Positions 26,426-39,811 of a DNA stretch of 64,000 nt are shown piece after piece. Every line of letters begins with the position of its first letter. The stretch's first letter is position 1. The DNA comes from Chrysomallon squamiferum (lineage: Eukaryota > Animalia > Mollusca): contig CM022672.1 of assembly GCA_012295275.1 (NCBI GenBank), positions 19,530,001-19,594,000 of the forward strand. The letters run 5' to 3'. The position numbers were made by a program, and so were the translations under genes. Below the pieces are notes generated by a model. That model made no database searches, was not told the DNA's origin, and was given only the letters and a program-made list of their open reading frames with translations.

Positions 26426-26839
26426 CGATTTAAAAAAAAAATATGGAGTCAACATTTATGTTAGTGATTAAATAGTTTTCTTTTTGTGTATAATTTTTTC
26501 TCGTTGCTTGGACACATGTAAACAAACCGCAGGTTGTCTTTATTAGCGAGAATATATCTGTTTTAGTAAAAAATTAATAAAAAGAAAAAAGGAAAAAAGA
26601 AAGATAGTAAACAGACTGTTTTCTGCACGTGCAGAATTTATTTATTTATTTAATTGTTTGGTTATTTGTTTATTAACGTTACAGCAGAATTTATTTATTT
26701 ATTTAATTGTTTGGTTATTTGTTTATTAACGCCATTCTATTTCTCATTCTATTTCTTTTATTTTAAAATTTTCATTATATTATGATTATTTATAACAATT
26801 AAATATATATGCAATTTTTAATAGATCAATTAACTGACG

Positions 26840-29800
26840 ATGACAGCAATTATGGAAATTCCACAGATCCAGGTGATAAATCCCAAAACCTCAGTCAGGT
26901 CTCACGCTTCAGTGAATGGCATCTTGCAGACGACAGACCTCGATGCATCTGTGAAATCCATGACAGAAGAGAAAAAGAATGACTTTTCCTTTGAGAACAG
27001 TTCATTTGTAATGGAAGAGGGTGATACTGCAGGAGAAATACCTCCTCTGACTTATGTTGATTTTATGCCTCGGTGCACTGGTATGCCAATAGAAGGAGCG
27101 CCTCCTGATTTTGCAGATTTTAAGTAAGTATTTCAAAGAGTTTAGCACAATTTCATTTTCAAGTCAAATCAGTTATTTTTATTAATGTTTAATATAAAAA
27201 AAAATACAACTGTACAAATGTTGCAGGATTCTAATATCACATTATATGTCATAGGATAATTGTAAAAAATGTTTTTCAAATTAACAGGTCAGTAACAGAC
27301 CAGGCAAACCAGTGGCTGGAGTCGATGCCTCAGTACCGTGTGTTTAAGTGTGAGACTGTGACAAAGAAACTTCAGCTCTGATTTCAGACTGGACAATGAT
27401 GCTGTTTTCAACCACCATTCCAGTAACGGAGTTAACACGTTCCTCAGAGGTCTCCGGTGAGTCTGCCAGTTTCAGTGCCAGTCTTTCACTTGTTGTTAAA
27501 GTGGTAATAATTCAGTTGTTGTTAAAGTGGTAATAATTCAGTTGTTGTTAAAGTGGTAATAATTCAGTTGTTGTTAAAGTGGTAATCTTTCAGTTGTTGT
27601 TAAAGTGGTAATCATTCAGTTGTTGTTAAAGTGGTAATAATTCAGTTGTTATTAAATGGTAATAATTCAGTTGTTATTAAAGTGGTAATAATTCAGCTGT
27701 TGTTAAAGTGGTAATAATTCAGTTGTTGTTAAAGTGGTAATAATTCAGTTGTTGTTGAAGTGGTAATAATTCTGTTCCTATTAAAGTGGTAATAATTCAA
27801 CTGTCATTAAAGTGATGATAATTCAGTTATTAAAGTGATAATAGTTTTCATCCTTATATCATGATGATCTGAGGTCATCCATAAAGTCATGGACTTACTA
27901 TGGTTAAGAACTTTTGCCTGAAGTATTAAAGGATCACTTTTCACATCCCACCAAGATGAATACTGGTCTGAAAGCAACTTCCATGAGATGAAATGAGATG
28001 ATAAAATTCTCTTTCTTTCTAATAATTAACTGTAGTTATAACCCTTGGTTCATTCATAAGGGCTCTTGATACAAATATTTTAATTTATCCTTCCAAATTG
28101 ATCTTTTAAAAGCTTTTTAATATTTTGTGTTGATTTTTTGCAGTTTGTGGTTGATGCCACAAAATGATTCCACATCTCCAGTTCAGAAGTTATCCTACAT
28201 CACAGTTTTACCTGATCACGAAGATTCAAAAGTCTACACAAAAATGAACAGCATCATTGGAAATTCCACTTTCAGACTGTCAGTGAATCGAGTGCTGTCG
28301 GAATTTGACTCTTTACCTGTTACAGTAGAAAAACTGAACCGACATCTAATGACAAAACCCATTCCTGGTAAATACTGTTCCTTCTAGATAGTTTATAAGC
28401 CTGGTTTTTAATTCGTAATTTTTTGTTACTTTCTTCTTCTTGGTATCTGTAACAATAAGTATATATTAAATGCCAGACAAGTGAAAATAAAATGTGATGA
28501 GTATGTCATTAAATTTCTTTCTTCTTAGAATTTATACGACTAATGTTTTTTTTTTTTTAATTCTAGTCAGTAGCTGTGACTGACTTTCAAAAGGTCAAGG
28601 TCATGATATTCTTATCTATGGGAAGATGTGTAATTTGTATGAATATTACTTAAAATATTTGCACAGTGATTCCTTTTTCGTGACACTAAATTAAAAAAAA
28701 AAAAAATATGAATACATAATTAACAATTGATATTGAAACTGAGTATAACTAAACATACTTTCTTTTTATTTTCAGGGAAAATTTTGACAATTGAAGCTCT
28801 GCCTCAGATGATTTCAGAATCTCTCAAGTGTGGTTCTCCTGACTCTGAGGTGACATGTTGGAGTGAGTGTGGGAAAAACAACAGACTCCACATCATTGCT
28901 ATTCGAGTGTTCTTTGTCCTTGGTGATTCGGCATTCGAATCAATTGGTATTTACATGTTACTTTTATATTCAGTGTTTAAGTTTTAAAAAATAACCTTGG
29001 AAAATGATTAGTATCTTTTTATTGTTATATTACATTTTGTTACATTATGTTACATTATGTTCCCTTCCATTACATTATGTTATGTTACATTACGTTACTT
29101 TATTTTACTTTTTTTATTTCATTTCATTTTATTTATGTATTTAATTTTGTTTTGTTTTGTTTTTCATTTCATTTTATTTTATTATTATTTTTTAAATTTT
29201 ATTTATTTGTTTTGTTTTGGTTTGCTTTTGTTTTATTCTATTTTATTTAATAATAATCCAGTTTAAACAAAAGAAGAGTTAATTATATTTATTTTACTTA
29301 ATTGTTAATTTATTTTCAGGAATGCATGACACATTACCAGACATCATTCAGAATTCTGATGGGTTTGCCATGAAAGTCAAGTATGCTCCATTTAGTACAG
29401 TGGTCAGCAAGGCCAGTCACTGGCTAAAAGATCAAGAGGTTATTTTAAAAGATGTTTTTAACTCGTATTATATATTCATATACATATACACACACATGTA
29501 TAGATATATGTATGTATACACATACGCATATACATATATATATATATATATATACACACATGCATGTACATATATAAATATACAGACTTTTCTTCACTTA
29601 TTCAGCATCATTGTACAAAATATATTTCAGTCCTTTGTATGATGTTTATAATATTTTGTATTTATATATGTATGTACACACACACATACACAAACTGACA
29701 CAGACATATTTTTGATCTGTACATCTATGTGCTTGAGTTTATGTGTTTGTCTATATTACTTTATACATGTACACATGTTAACTGTTTAGATTTCATGCTT

Positions 29801-31567
29801 TTGGTTATTATAATGTCTTATTTTACCTTCCAGTATTTTAAGAACTTTTCTTTTTTAATTTACGGTATGCTTAAATAATTTATCAATTTGATTTAGAAAA
29901 AAAAATGAATTAAGTTTTCAGATACAGTGAATTTTTAATTTTTTTTATTAATTGTTGATTTTTGACTTTTGTTTCAGGGAATTAAAATTGTCAATATACA
30001 ATCTCCATATGTGAAATGTGATAAACTGGGAAATGGTGAGTGGATTAAAATATTTTCTTTATAAATTATCTTTGTCAAATTATTAAAATGACAAAGTGTA
30101 AATATTTGTATGTGTATGTCTAAATTACTTTTAAAGTATATGTAAAATCTACACGTTTAAAACCAAAAGTTTTTATCTTGATGAGACTAATTTCAATAAT
30201 TTGTTTAAATTATACATAGGCAATCATTTCTAAAATATATTTAAGATCAGTTTTAAACTATAAAAGGAAATGGAAATGCATTATGTTAAATACAATTTTG
30301 TATTAGAATTAATTGTACTGGAAATAATATGATAAATTTTATTTAAATTTTTAGCCATATTATATTTTTATAATTGTCCAGTATGTAATGTTACCTTAAA
30401 ATATAAAATAAAATGTGTTTTTAGGAGCTGTTTCACTGAACTCTGGTCAGGCTGGGTATGTCGAGTTAACTAACTTTGACTCACAGTTTGTGAAAATCAT
30501 GCGAATGTTCTATATAAAGGACAAGAACATGTCCAATCAGAAAGAGCCAATGTCCTTGACATCTCGACTTTTTGTTCCTGTTCGTAAGTTTGATACTGGA
30601 AGAGAGTTTGAAGGCTTTTCCAGAACAATGCAGAGAGCAATCAACTGGTTGAATTTAACAAGTATGATTTTTAAAATATTTTTATTTCTACTTCATTATT
30701 CTCAATTCATTTATTTTATGCTGTAGTTTTGTTCATAGAGACAAAAGTAATAAATTATCATTAAACTAATATTTGGTTACATTTTTGGCATGCTTCCATT
30801 AATTTAAAATGAAGAAAACTAAATTATTACTTACATAACAGTGTACAAGGATATTTAATATATATTACATATATTACAAGATTAAATGAATTTTTGATTA
30901 TTTTTATTTTATTTTTTTAAATAAAGAATGTTAAACTTTTTGCATCACTTTTTAAGAATTTCATGTGAAAGAATGTCAACCTTTCTAGTGTTGTATTATT
31001 TTAGAAATCTCTGTGTTGAATGTGGAAACTGTACAGTACCAGATCCACCCTGACAGCTGGGGGGCAGGTGTGCAGGAAAACAAAGTGGACATGGTCAAGT
31101 CACACAGCAATGGAAAATACTTTCTCACCTGTATCAGGTAAAGAAGATGAATTTCTGTCTGACTGTAAACATCTTTAGTTCAAAGTTAGCGACTCATTAC
31201 AGGTCTTGAAAGAAATTAAAACAGTTATAAAATACTGTTTTTTCTTTTTCTCTGTCTGTTTCACTGTCTCTCCGTCTCTCCATGTCTGTCTGTCTATCTG
31301 TCGATCTCTCTCTCTCTCTCTTGTATGCATGTACTCACCAATACATGCATACATGAGACATATATATATATGTGTGTATGTGTCTGCATGTACACACATA
31401 AACACACACACACATATGGATAAAAAAATACATACATATAATATGTATATACAGATTAATTAAATCTTTTCAGATTATACTTTCCAGTGATATTTGCTGA
31501 GCCCTCACCTGAAGTGTTAAAGACAACAGCGGAAGACGAGGCAGGGTGGGGATGTGTTGTGCAATAA
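26840..31567 (+). CDS. Uncharacterised protein of about 495 aa with four internal repeats and a C-terminal CaaX (CVVQ); exon 2 carries a +1 frame discontinuity
   Basis: Exons 26840-27123, 27288-27456 (169 nt, one more than the phases allow), 28144-28367, 28776-28946, 29320-29438, 29978-30035, 30425-30661, 31005-31137, 31474-31567. All are GT-AG and otherwise open; the protein ends ..EAGWGCVVQ*. Confidence 0.8.
27487..27845. repeat. 26-bp minisatellite GTTGTTGTTAAAGTGGTAATAATTCA, about 13 copies
   Basis: Seen directly in intron 2 of the CaaX gene. Confidence 0.95.
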
Positions 31568-34518
31568 ATTTAAATTCTTCTCCTTCATACTTCACATGCT
31601 AGATATTTATTAAACTCTGTTATTGCATCTGATCAGGGTATTTCATGTTCAGTTTTTTAATGTAAGTCAAATGCATTTGAAGTGTAACTGTAGTAATTAC
31701 AATTTTTTACATGTTTAAAATTTAATTTATTAACATATTATAAGATATGGAGGCTAGATATTATTATAAGTAAATGGGTATGCTTTTTTCATTTTTTTTT
31801 TTCAACATAATGTCAAAATCATTAGAAGTGTAATAGCAGTAATCAGCAATACATTTTTAATGTTTTAATTTAATTTTTACAAAATCATCATGAACCATTA
31901 TTGTTTACATTTTTTATAATCAGTGATTTTAAGTGGATACTATGAACTGTAAATCAGTTGGTGGTATGTTATGTTCATTTATTTTAACATAAGCATTAGA
32001 ACTAATTTGCAATTAACACTTAACATGTTTAATTATTTAATTCTATAAGAAATGCACACCATTATTGCTTATAGATATAGATAAATATTACCAAGCATAT
32101 CTTCTGAATCTAAATTACTTGTTTAAATTACCAGTATGTTACTCACAGGTACATACTACTTCTAAAAGCTTTACACTTATTCAGTATTTTTTAAAATATT
32201 ATTTTACATTCATTTGGCACTATAAAATGCAGATTATGCATATATATGGGTAAAAATAAAAATAGATATTAAATCAGAGTTGATACACTGGTTTGTTTGT
32301 GAATTATCTGGCTGGTATTTCTAAATGTATTGAAATAAATCATTTACGAATAAAGAATTGTAATAGATCCTGCATCCATAATGATCAGTGACATTTATAC
32401 ATTATTAAACACTTCTGTTGTTTTGTAGTATTAATATAAATTTAATCATGAAATGTCGCTCTTTATCTTTCTCTTCATCAAGTGGTCTCACATATAACCT
32501 TAGTAATATTGAAAACAGACACAGTAAATGTGACATACTTAAAGTTTCTAAAATGTGTTTTCGACCTGTGATATTTTATTTTGTTAAATAATTTTAAATT
32601 TCCATGCAGTTAATGGTTTATCGATTTAAAAAATACTTAAAAAGAAACACGAATTATGCTGATTTATGCATGTTAATGTGTGTAGAAAAAAAAATATCTT
32701 GAACTGTGTCAGGTGAGGCGAAGTTTGACTAATCTGTGATAAAGTAAATAAATGTATTAAGTGTACTTGAATTATATGACTGAATTCGTGTTTGGATTAG
32801 CTTATTAATTATTATAGCTGGTTGTTTTGTAAATATTATATTTATTGAAAAATTGTGTTACCTTTGTGTAGAATCTGGTTTATGAACTGGGAGGTTGATT
32901 GTCTCATAACTGTACAAATTGTTTTGATTTGGTGAAATGAATTATTAATCTGTGTGGTAGATATTCAAAGACCTGTAAATAAAATGAATGAGCCAATCCT
33001 GATATATTTCATGTTAAAATGCATTTTTTATTTTTTTTAATAACAATCACTGTTAAACAATTTTGTTTCTCTTTTTTTACTTTTTTTTATGTTAAAGTTA
33101 TTTCAAAATTAATGAAGAAATAGGGTATAAAAACATGAATTAATTATAACATTTACTGGGATATTCATACTGATTAACAGCAAGAGATTTTTTTTTTTTT
33201 TTACCTTCCCATGCAAAAAAAGCTGATGACATCAACTTTAATAAAAAAACAAAACAAAAATGTCATGAGGTACAGGTTGGAGTAAGACCGTTTGTGATTT
33301 ATTAACATTTATGTTAATTATTTCTATGAAATTACTGTTCTTATCAAGTGTTCAGTGTGGATTATACATAACTGTTTTATACATCAGAAATGTTAATTAA
33401 TGTGTTACGTAATTGTGGTAATCGTAACATTTATTCACTTTAAAAATATTTAATTATATTGGTAAGTAAATAAATAAATAAATATATATATATATATTAT
33501 CTTTTTCTCAGTGATAAAAATATTGGTAAAGAAATGGGTGTTTAAAAAAGAAAAACATGTTGTCTTTTCCTCAATGACAAATATATTTATAATATTAAAT
33601 GTATCTAGAATGATATCTGCTGTTTTATAATTAATATGGCTTAATACAACATACAGATATTTGTATATAGCTAATTAGAGTGTGATTTATGATTTACTGT
33701 TCCCAATTTGTTATTTTCAAGCAGAATAGCAAGAAGGTACAAACTGGAGGATGAATGTCTCATCTGTATAACTTTATTAATTAATTATATATGTGTGTAA
33801 CTGATTTGTAACATAATAGTAGTCATGATGATGATGATGATGGTGAAAAACGTCAAAAAAAAGCAAATCCTGCAGGATTTTAACCCTCAAGAAAAAATGT
33901 GTGTATTGTACAACTAAATGTTCTGTATTTGTATAATAATAATAATAATAATAATAATGTAACTGTTGTATTTAACAGTGGTATTTAATTATACATTCCG
34001 TCCAACATTTTATTAATTAAACTTTTTTCATTTTATCATGCAGTTTTACTATTATGCAATCATTTTTTTATTTTTGAATGTTTTTGAGCAATAAATCATT
34101 TTCGGGTTTTTTAATGGATGTGTCATCTTTATTTGTTATTTTCAACAACGACAAAAAATAATAATTAATAAACAAATTAATAAATTAATTAATTAATCTG
34201 ATGTAATCTAATTTAATCAAATCCTAATTAAAATAAATAAATATATTATTTAAAAAAACAGAAAAAAAGATCAGTTTTATCTATCACATTTATGAAACTG
34301 CTAGCTCCATTTCTGAAATTCTAGATCTTCTCCTGACACAATTCCAATAATAACCTGTTTATTATATTCTGCAATTATCATGGGAGTTTTTGCCAAAATG
34401 CAAGATGTTCGTCCAAAAATGGTGTCAATAAGCTAAAGCATGCAGTTGTATTAGATAAATAGTAACCTACTTCTTTTATCAATAAAGCCGATAAACGGGC
34501 AAAAAAAAAGAAAAGACA

Positions 34519-34991
34519 ATGTTGCTGCCATTGTTATTAATAGCAACTACATTTCTGTCAGGTATCTTTATTTGACTTTATATTAATCCGATTTGAAATA
34601 ATTTAAAATTTTCATTGCTATTATTTTTTTTATTATTATTATTTTTGAGTTATGGTTTTATTTATCTATCAGTATTGTACAGGAAAACTAGAAGAATCAT
34701 ACTGGTAACTTGAAAATGAAGATTGCAATAAATTTTTTATTTAAAATAACTTTTATTATACTTGTAATAATAATAATAAGTGCAAGAGTAATATGAAATG
34801 TATTTCCTTTTTTGCTGAAAAGATGTAGTATCTTTTTTTTTTAACAGTATAAAATCTGATAAATTTTACGAAATAAGATCTGTACAAATGCTTTCTGATA
34901 CACTGAAATTTTTTATAGCTGTTACCCAGTCTATCACTACAATACCATTACAATATAATTTCTAAATGATTAACATTAATTTTATTTTATT

Positions 34992-35026
<35 letters not shown>

Positions 35027-35205
35027 TTTTAAAGTTTTTTAATTAGTAAAATAGTTAAAATGCTTTGTTATGTGAGATGTAGACCCTACCCACTATAATG
35101 ATTTCAACATATTGCTGTAGCCCTGAAAAAGCAGACATAATATATGCTTGCCTTTACCTAAACATGTTGCACTATAACTAAAAACCATAGAATATAGATC
35201 ATATG

Positions 35206-35247
<42 letters not shown>

Positions 35248-37164
35248 CACACACTGTTACCTAACTTTTTATATAAATTAAAATAATAGCATAACCTTCA
35301 TGTCTGTTAGCAAATTATCTCCATGTTGCAGAAACCAGAAGAAAAAACAACATAAAATATGAAATAATAATTGACGTCTGTAGATAACATGCATAAAGCA
35401 GACTAAGTTAACACCCCCGCATTCAGTTATGGATTTTCTAATCATGATTCACTTTACACACCTTTTTATGTATTAAATATAATCATTATCTCCCCTCTCC
35501 TCTAATTATCTTCTGTTATACATGCATGCATACATACATACATACATAGACATACATACATAGATACAAACATACATATACATACATACACATACATACA
35601 TATATACATGTACATGTATGTATATATGTATATATACGTATATATAAATGGCAAAAAGAAAATGCAATTCAGTTAAAACCTTTGAGATGTTCCAGAATAA
35701 AACAAAAGTTAATTATGTAATTTTTCATGTGAATGTTTCAACGTAATTGACTTTTAATGGTGATTTAATGTCTGATTAGCCATCAAATATATTGTAAAAA
35801 AAAAAATAATAAAAAAGAAAAAAAAAATTGATAATTGTAAATTTTAAAATTCTTTTTAGTTTCGGCTTTGACATGTCCATCGTGTAGCAGAGTTGAAGAT
35901 GTGACGCTTTGTTCTCACAAATATGAAGAGTGTTATCCCACAGATGATGTAAGAACATTTTACCTGATAGTGACTATTATAAAATAAATACAGCATTTAA
36001 TAATAATAATATATAAAAATATAAATGCAACATGCAACAACAACATTAATAATAATAAAAATAATAATTACAATAAAGATAATAAAAACGATAATAATAA
36101 CAATAATTTAATTAATCATATTAATAAATAATTAATTAGTAATAATAATGATAATAGTAATAGCAATAATAATAAAAATAATTATTAAAATAATTACAAT
36201 AATAATTTGAAGAAGAAAAATTACAGTAATAATAATAATAAATAAATAAATAAATCAGTAATTTTATTATGAATTTTGTTTTGTATGTAGATGTGATCAT
36301 TTTCAGTTATCTTAAGGAATCTTTTATGGAAACTTGTCACAAGATTTTTGTTTTTGTATCTCAAAAAATATTGACATGATGAATGATTTTTATATCCTTC
36401 ATCTTTGCAGCTCATTTTTTAAAATCGTTTCACCTTTCCTGAATAAGTAGGCTAATTGCACCTAAAAAAATGATAAAAATAATAAAAATAAAATAAAATG
36501 AAAAAAAAAAAAATAATAATAAATAATAAATAAATAATATAATCATAATTGTGAATGAATGTCTTTACTCTAAACCCAAATCGTTATCAATTATTCTGGT
36601 AAAAAAAAATTAATGTTTCATGCTTATAAATCAATATAGATCTTTGAATCGACACCCACTGAAATCTATATAAGTGCAACATGGCCGTAACTAGACTCTT
36701 TTTCAAATGAGGTAAAAACACTTAATCGTGGGGGGTCTGATGCCCGAGAAGTCCGACTTGATAGACGCAAAATCCTCGATTCTAGCCATTTCCAGGCATC
36801 TTTTTCCTATTTCAGAGTCATAACTTTGTATACATATATATATTTTCTAAATCGTCAATTTGCCTCATTTGTGTCACTGTAGTTACGAACATGTGCAGCA
36901 TGTATGCAAGCAGGTGCACATACTACCTAAAACGAATAAAATAAATTTATCTTTATGACTTAGGGTATAGAAAATAATAATTATACTAATAGTAATTTAT
37001 ACATTTAAAAAAAAAAAAAAAAAAAAAAAAAATTATATACATTAAATGTTTATATCTGCGTGCTCTTATTCACTCACACATAGATATATGCAAACGGTGA
37101 AATGGGAGAAAGGATATATGGGAGAGAGAAAGAGAGATGAGCGAGAGAAAGAGAGATGTACAAT

Positions 37165-37221
<57 letters not shown>

Positions 37222-37739
37222 TTCTACAGATATACAATTTAAAAACTTGAATTAACCGTATTAATGTTTAGTTTATATAAAATGTTATCAGTTAAATACG
37301 TCTTTACTTCGTTTTCTCTTACGAGGTTTGTCTGGGGAAGCTGGAGGAATGGCGATTCTCTGTGATGTGTTCCTCATCTCTGGTGAATATCTATTTAATT
37401 TGTTAATTAGAATTTTATTCAGATAAAGACAAGAAACATCGCGTTTATTCAATGCATGCATATCTACATACACGAGCACTAAAATACTCACGTACACCTT
37501 CCCTTTTAACAATAACACAAAGTACTGCGTATCTGAAAGTGCACTGAGATACCCGTCAGTTAGTTGATAGCGATACAGATTGAAATATTAACTAAAACCA
37601 GTAAAATAATAATAATAATAATAATAATAAATTTTTGAAAAAATCTTGAACAATGAAAACAATTTTAAAATGGTTGTAAAGTTGCCATACTGAGCGCATG
37701 CACGCACGGTGGCATACAGGCTCGTCTGCAGAAATGTAT

Positions 37740-37787
<48 letters not shown>

Positions 37788-39744
37788 TTCGTTTGTTTCT
37801 TGACGTGTGTTTAAACTTCTGTGTGTGTGTGTGTGTGAATTTCGTTTGTTTCTTTACGTGTGTTTAAATTCACACACATACACGTTGAAATCAAGGTTTT
37901 TAAAAGTAATATCCAGTGACTGTATTTGAAGCTGTGCCCCAATGAACTGTTTCACGGCACTGTGAACTGTACTGGCGGAGTCGCTTTCAGACCACACGAC
38001 GAATGTACGTCTTGCTGTACGGGGTCTGACTGCCAGAACATGCTGAACGCCGTACAGACAGGTACACGGTATTTTATTTACATGTGTAACAACAGCAGCA
38101 ACAACAACAACAAAAATAACAACAATAATAATAACAACAATAATAATAATAACAACAACATAAAAATAATAATACAACTACTACTGCTACTACTACTACA
38201 ACTACTACTACTACTACTACAACAACTACTAATAATAATAATCAGAATTATAATCACCATCATTATTATTAAAAAAAAAATATTAAAAAAAAAGTTTCAC
38301 ATTAAACTCAAAAAAATAATAAAATTATAATTTAAAATATGTATATAAATCATTATAGTTATTACTATGTGCATGCGTGTGTGTATGTGTGTATAAAATG
38401 AACAACAGTGACAAAGACGAAATTGACTTATGTAAACAGATGATTAAATTATCATTTATTACTGGGTTTTTTTTTTTTTTTTTTTTTTTTTAAACCCAAA
38501 TATTTATTCATAACACAAACTGACATATTTTATTGCCGGTGTTCTGAACGCATGTGTATGTTTTACAATTTAAAGGATTTCTAGTTATTCCTACTGTCCT
38601 GCACTGTCCTACCTGCACAGATACACGGAACGTTGACGAATGCATGAAAAACATTCAACCATGTGATTTAACTCATGATGTAAGTTGAATAATTTAAATG
38701 TAAAAACAAATTACAATACCTATATCGTATTCGAACCTCTTGTATTTAACTGTAATGTAATTTGCGTGTATTTATTCTGCATTCAGTGATAATGAAAACT
38801 GTTAAGAACAGTTTCGTATGAGTAACATTTTCAAAACTAATTCGCTAACTTCTGAGTAACAAATTTTAAAATGCTGTTTTGTGACTTTTGAGGATGAGGG
38901 TTTAGATTAGTGTTTATTTACAGTATTTGTATGTATGGATGCGTACATGCAAATGTGTCTGTATCTATATATGCATGTATTACTATATATTTAAGTGTAT
39001 GCTTGTATTTATGAATATTTAATTTGTTTTAGACATGTGAAATTCAGATGAAACAAGGTCGTTATACAGGGAAATGTCAGAATAGTTATAAGGTAAATTT
39101 ACATTTTAATCCTTAGCATTTACAGTTACAGAAATTCGTTAAATATAATTCAGTTTGGTTTATCAATAATATACATTATTTTCTCTTGTAGTTCTGATTT
39201 TTCATCGTCATTGTCATCATAACTTTCATCAGATCATCGGCAGTAGCAGAAGAATTATTCTTACAACTACCACTACATCGTTGTTATGTTGTTATCATAT
39301 TCATTCTCATCTTAACACCAACAGGATCACAATATTCATCATCATCATCATTATGATCATCATGTTCATTAGTATCACCACTATCGTCATTGTCGCCGCG
39401 GACATAATCACGATTATAGAGATGATCATCATCGTCATCCGCTCAGTTATCTCGTCTGCCTCTTTCTCTAAAACATCCTGCTGATTATTTTTTAAAAACT
39501 TTATTTTATTTAAAGTGTGAGTATCAGCATCATACTCATCCTGGTTTTCCCGAATGTTTTCACGACACGTCGGGTGAATGCGTCATCTGCTGCCATGACG
39601 AGAAGTGCGTCAAGCAGGCTTTTGGAGTCTTGAACACTCTGAGTATATGATCATTCGTTTTAATATTTTTTATTTTGTCTGAATGGCTGTATATGTAAGT
39701 GTATTTTTACGATTATATTTGTGTAAGTATGGAATTTGCTTGTT

Positions 39745-39811
<67 letters not shown>

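Noticed and set aside
27379-27381. TGA in exon 2 of the CaaX gene as selenocysteine or readthrough
   Set aside because: Frame 0 hits further stops (TGA, TAA) soon after and does not match exon 3 phase. A frame change, not readthrough, is required.
27860-27975. Box C/D snoRNA-like words (ATGATGA..CTGA)
   Set aside because: No terminal stem or recognisable rRNA/snRNA guide; such words are common in AT-rich DNA.
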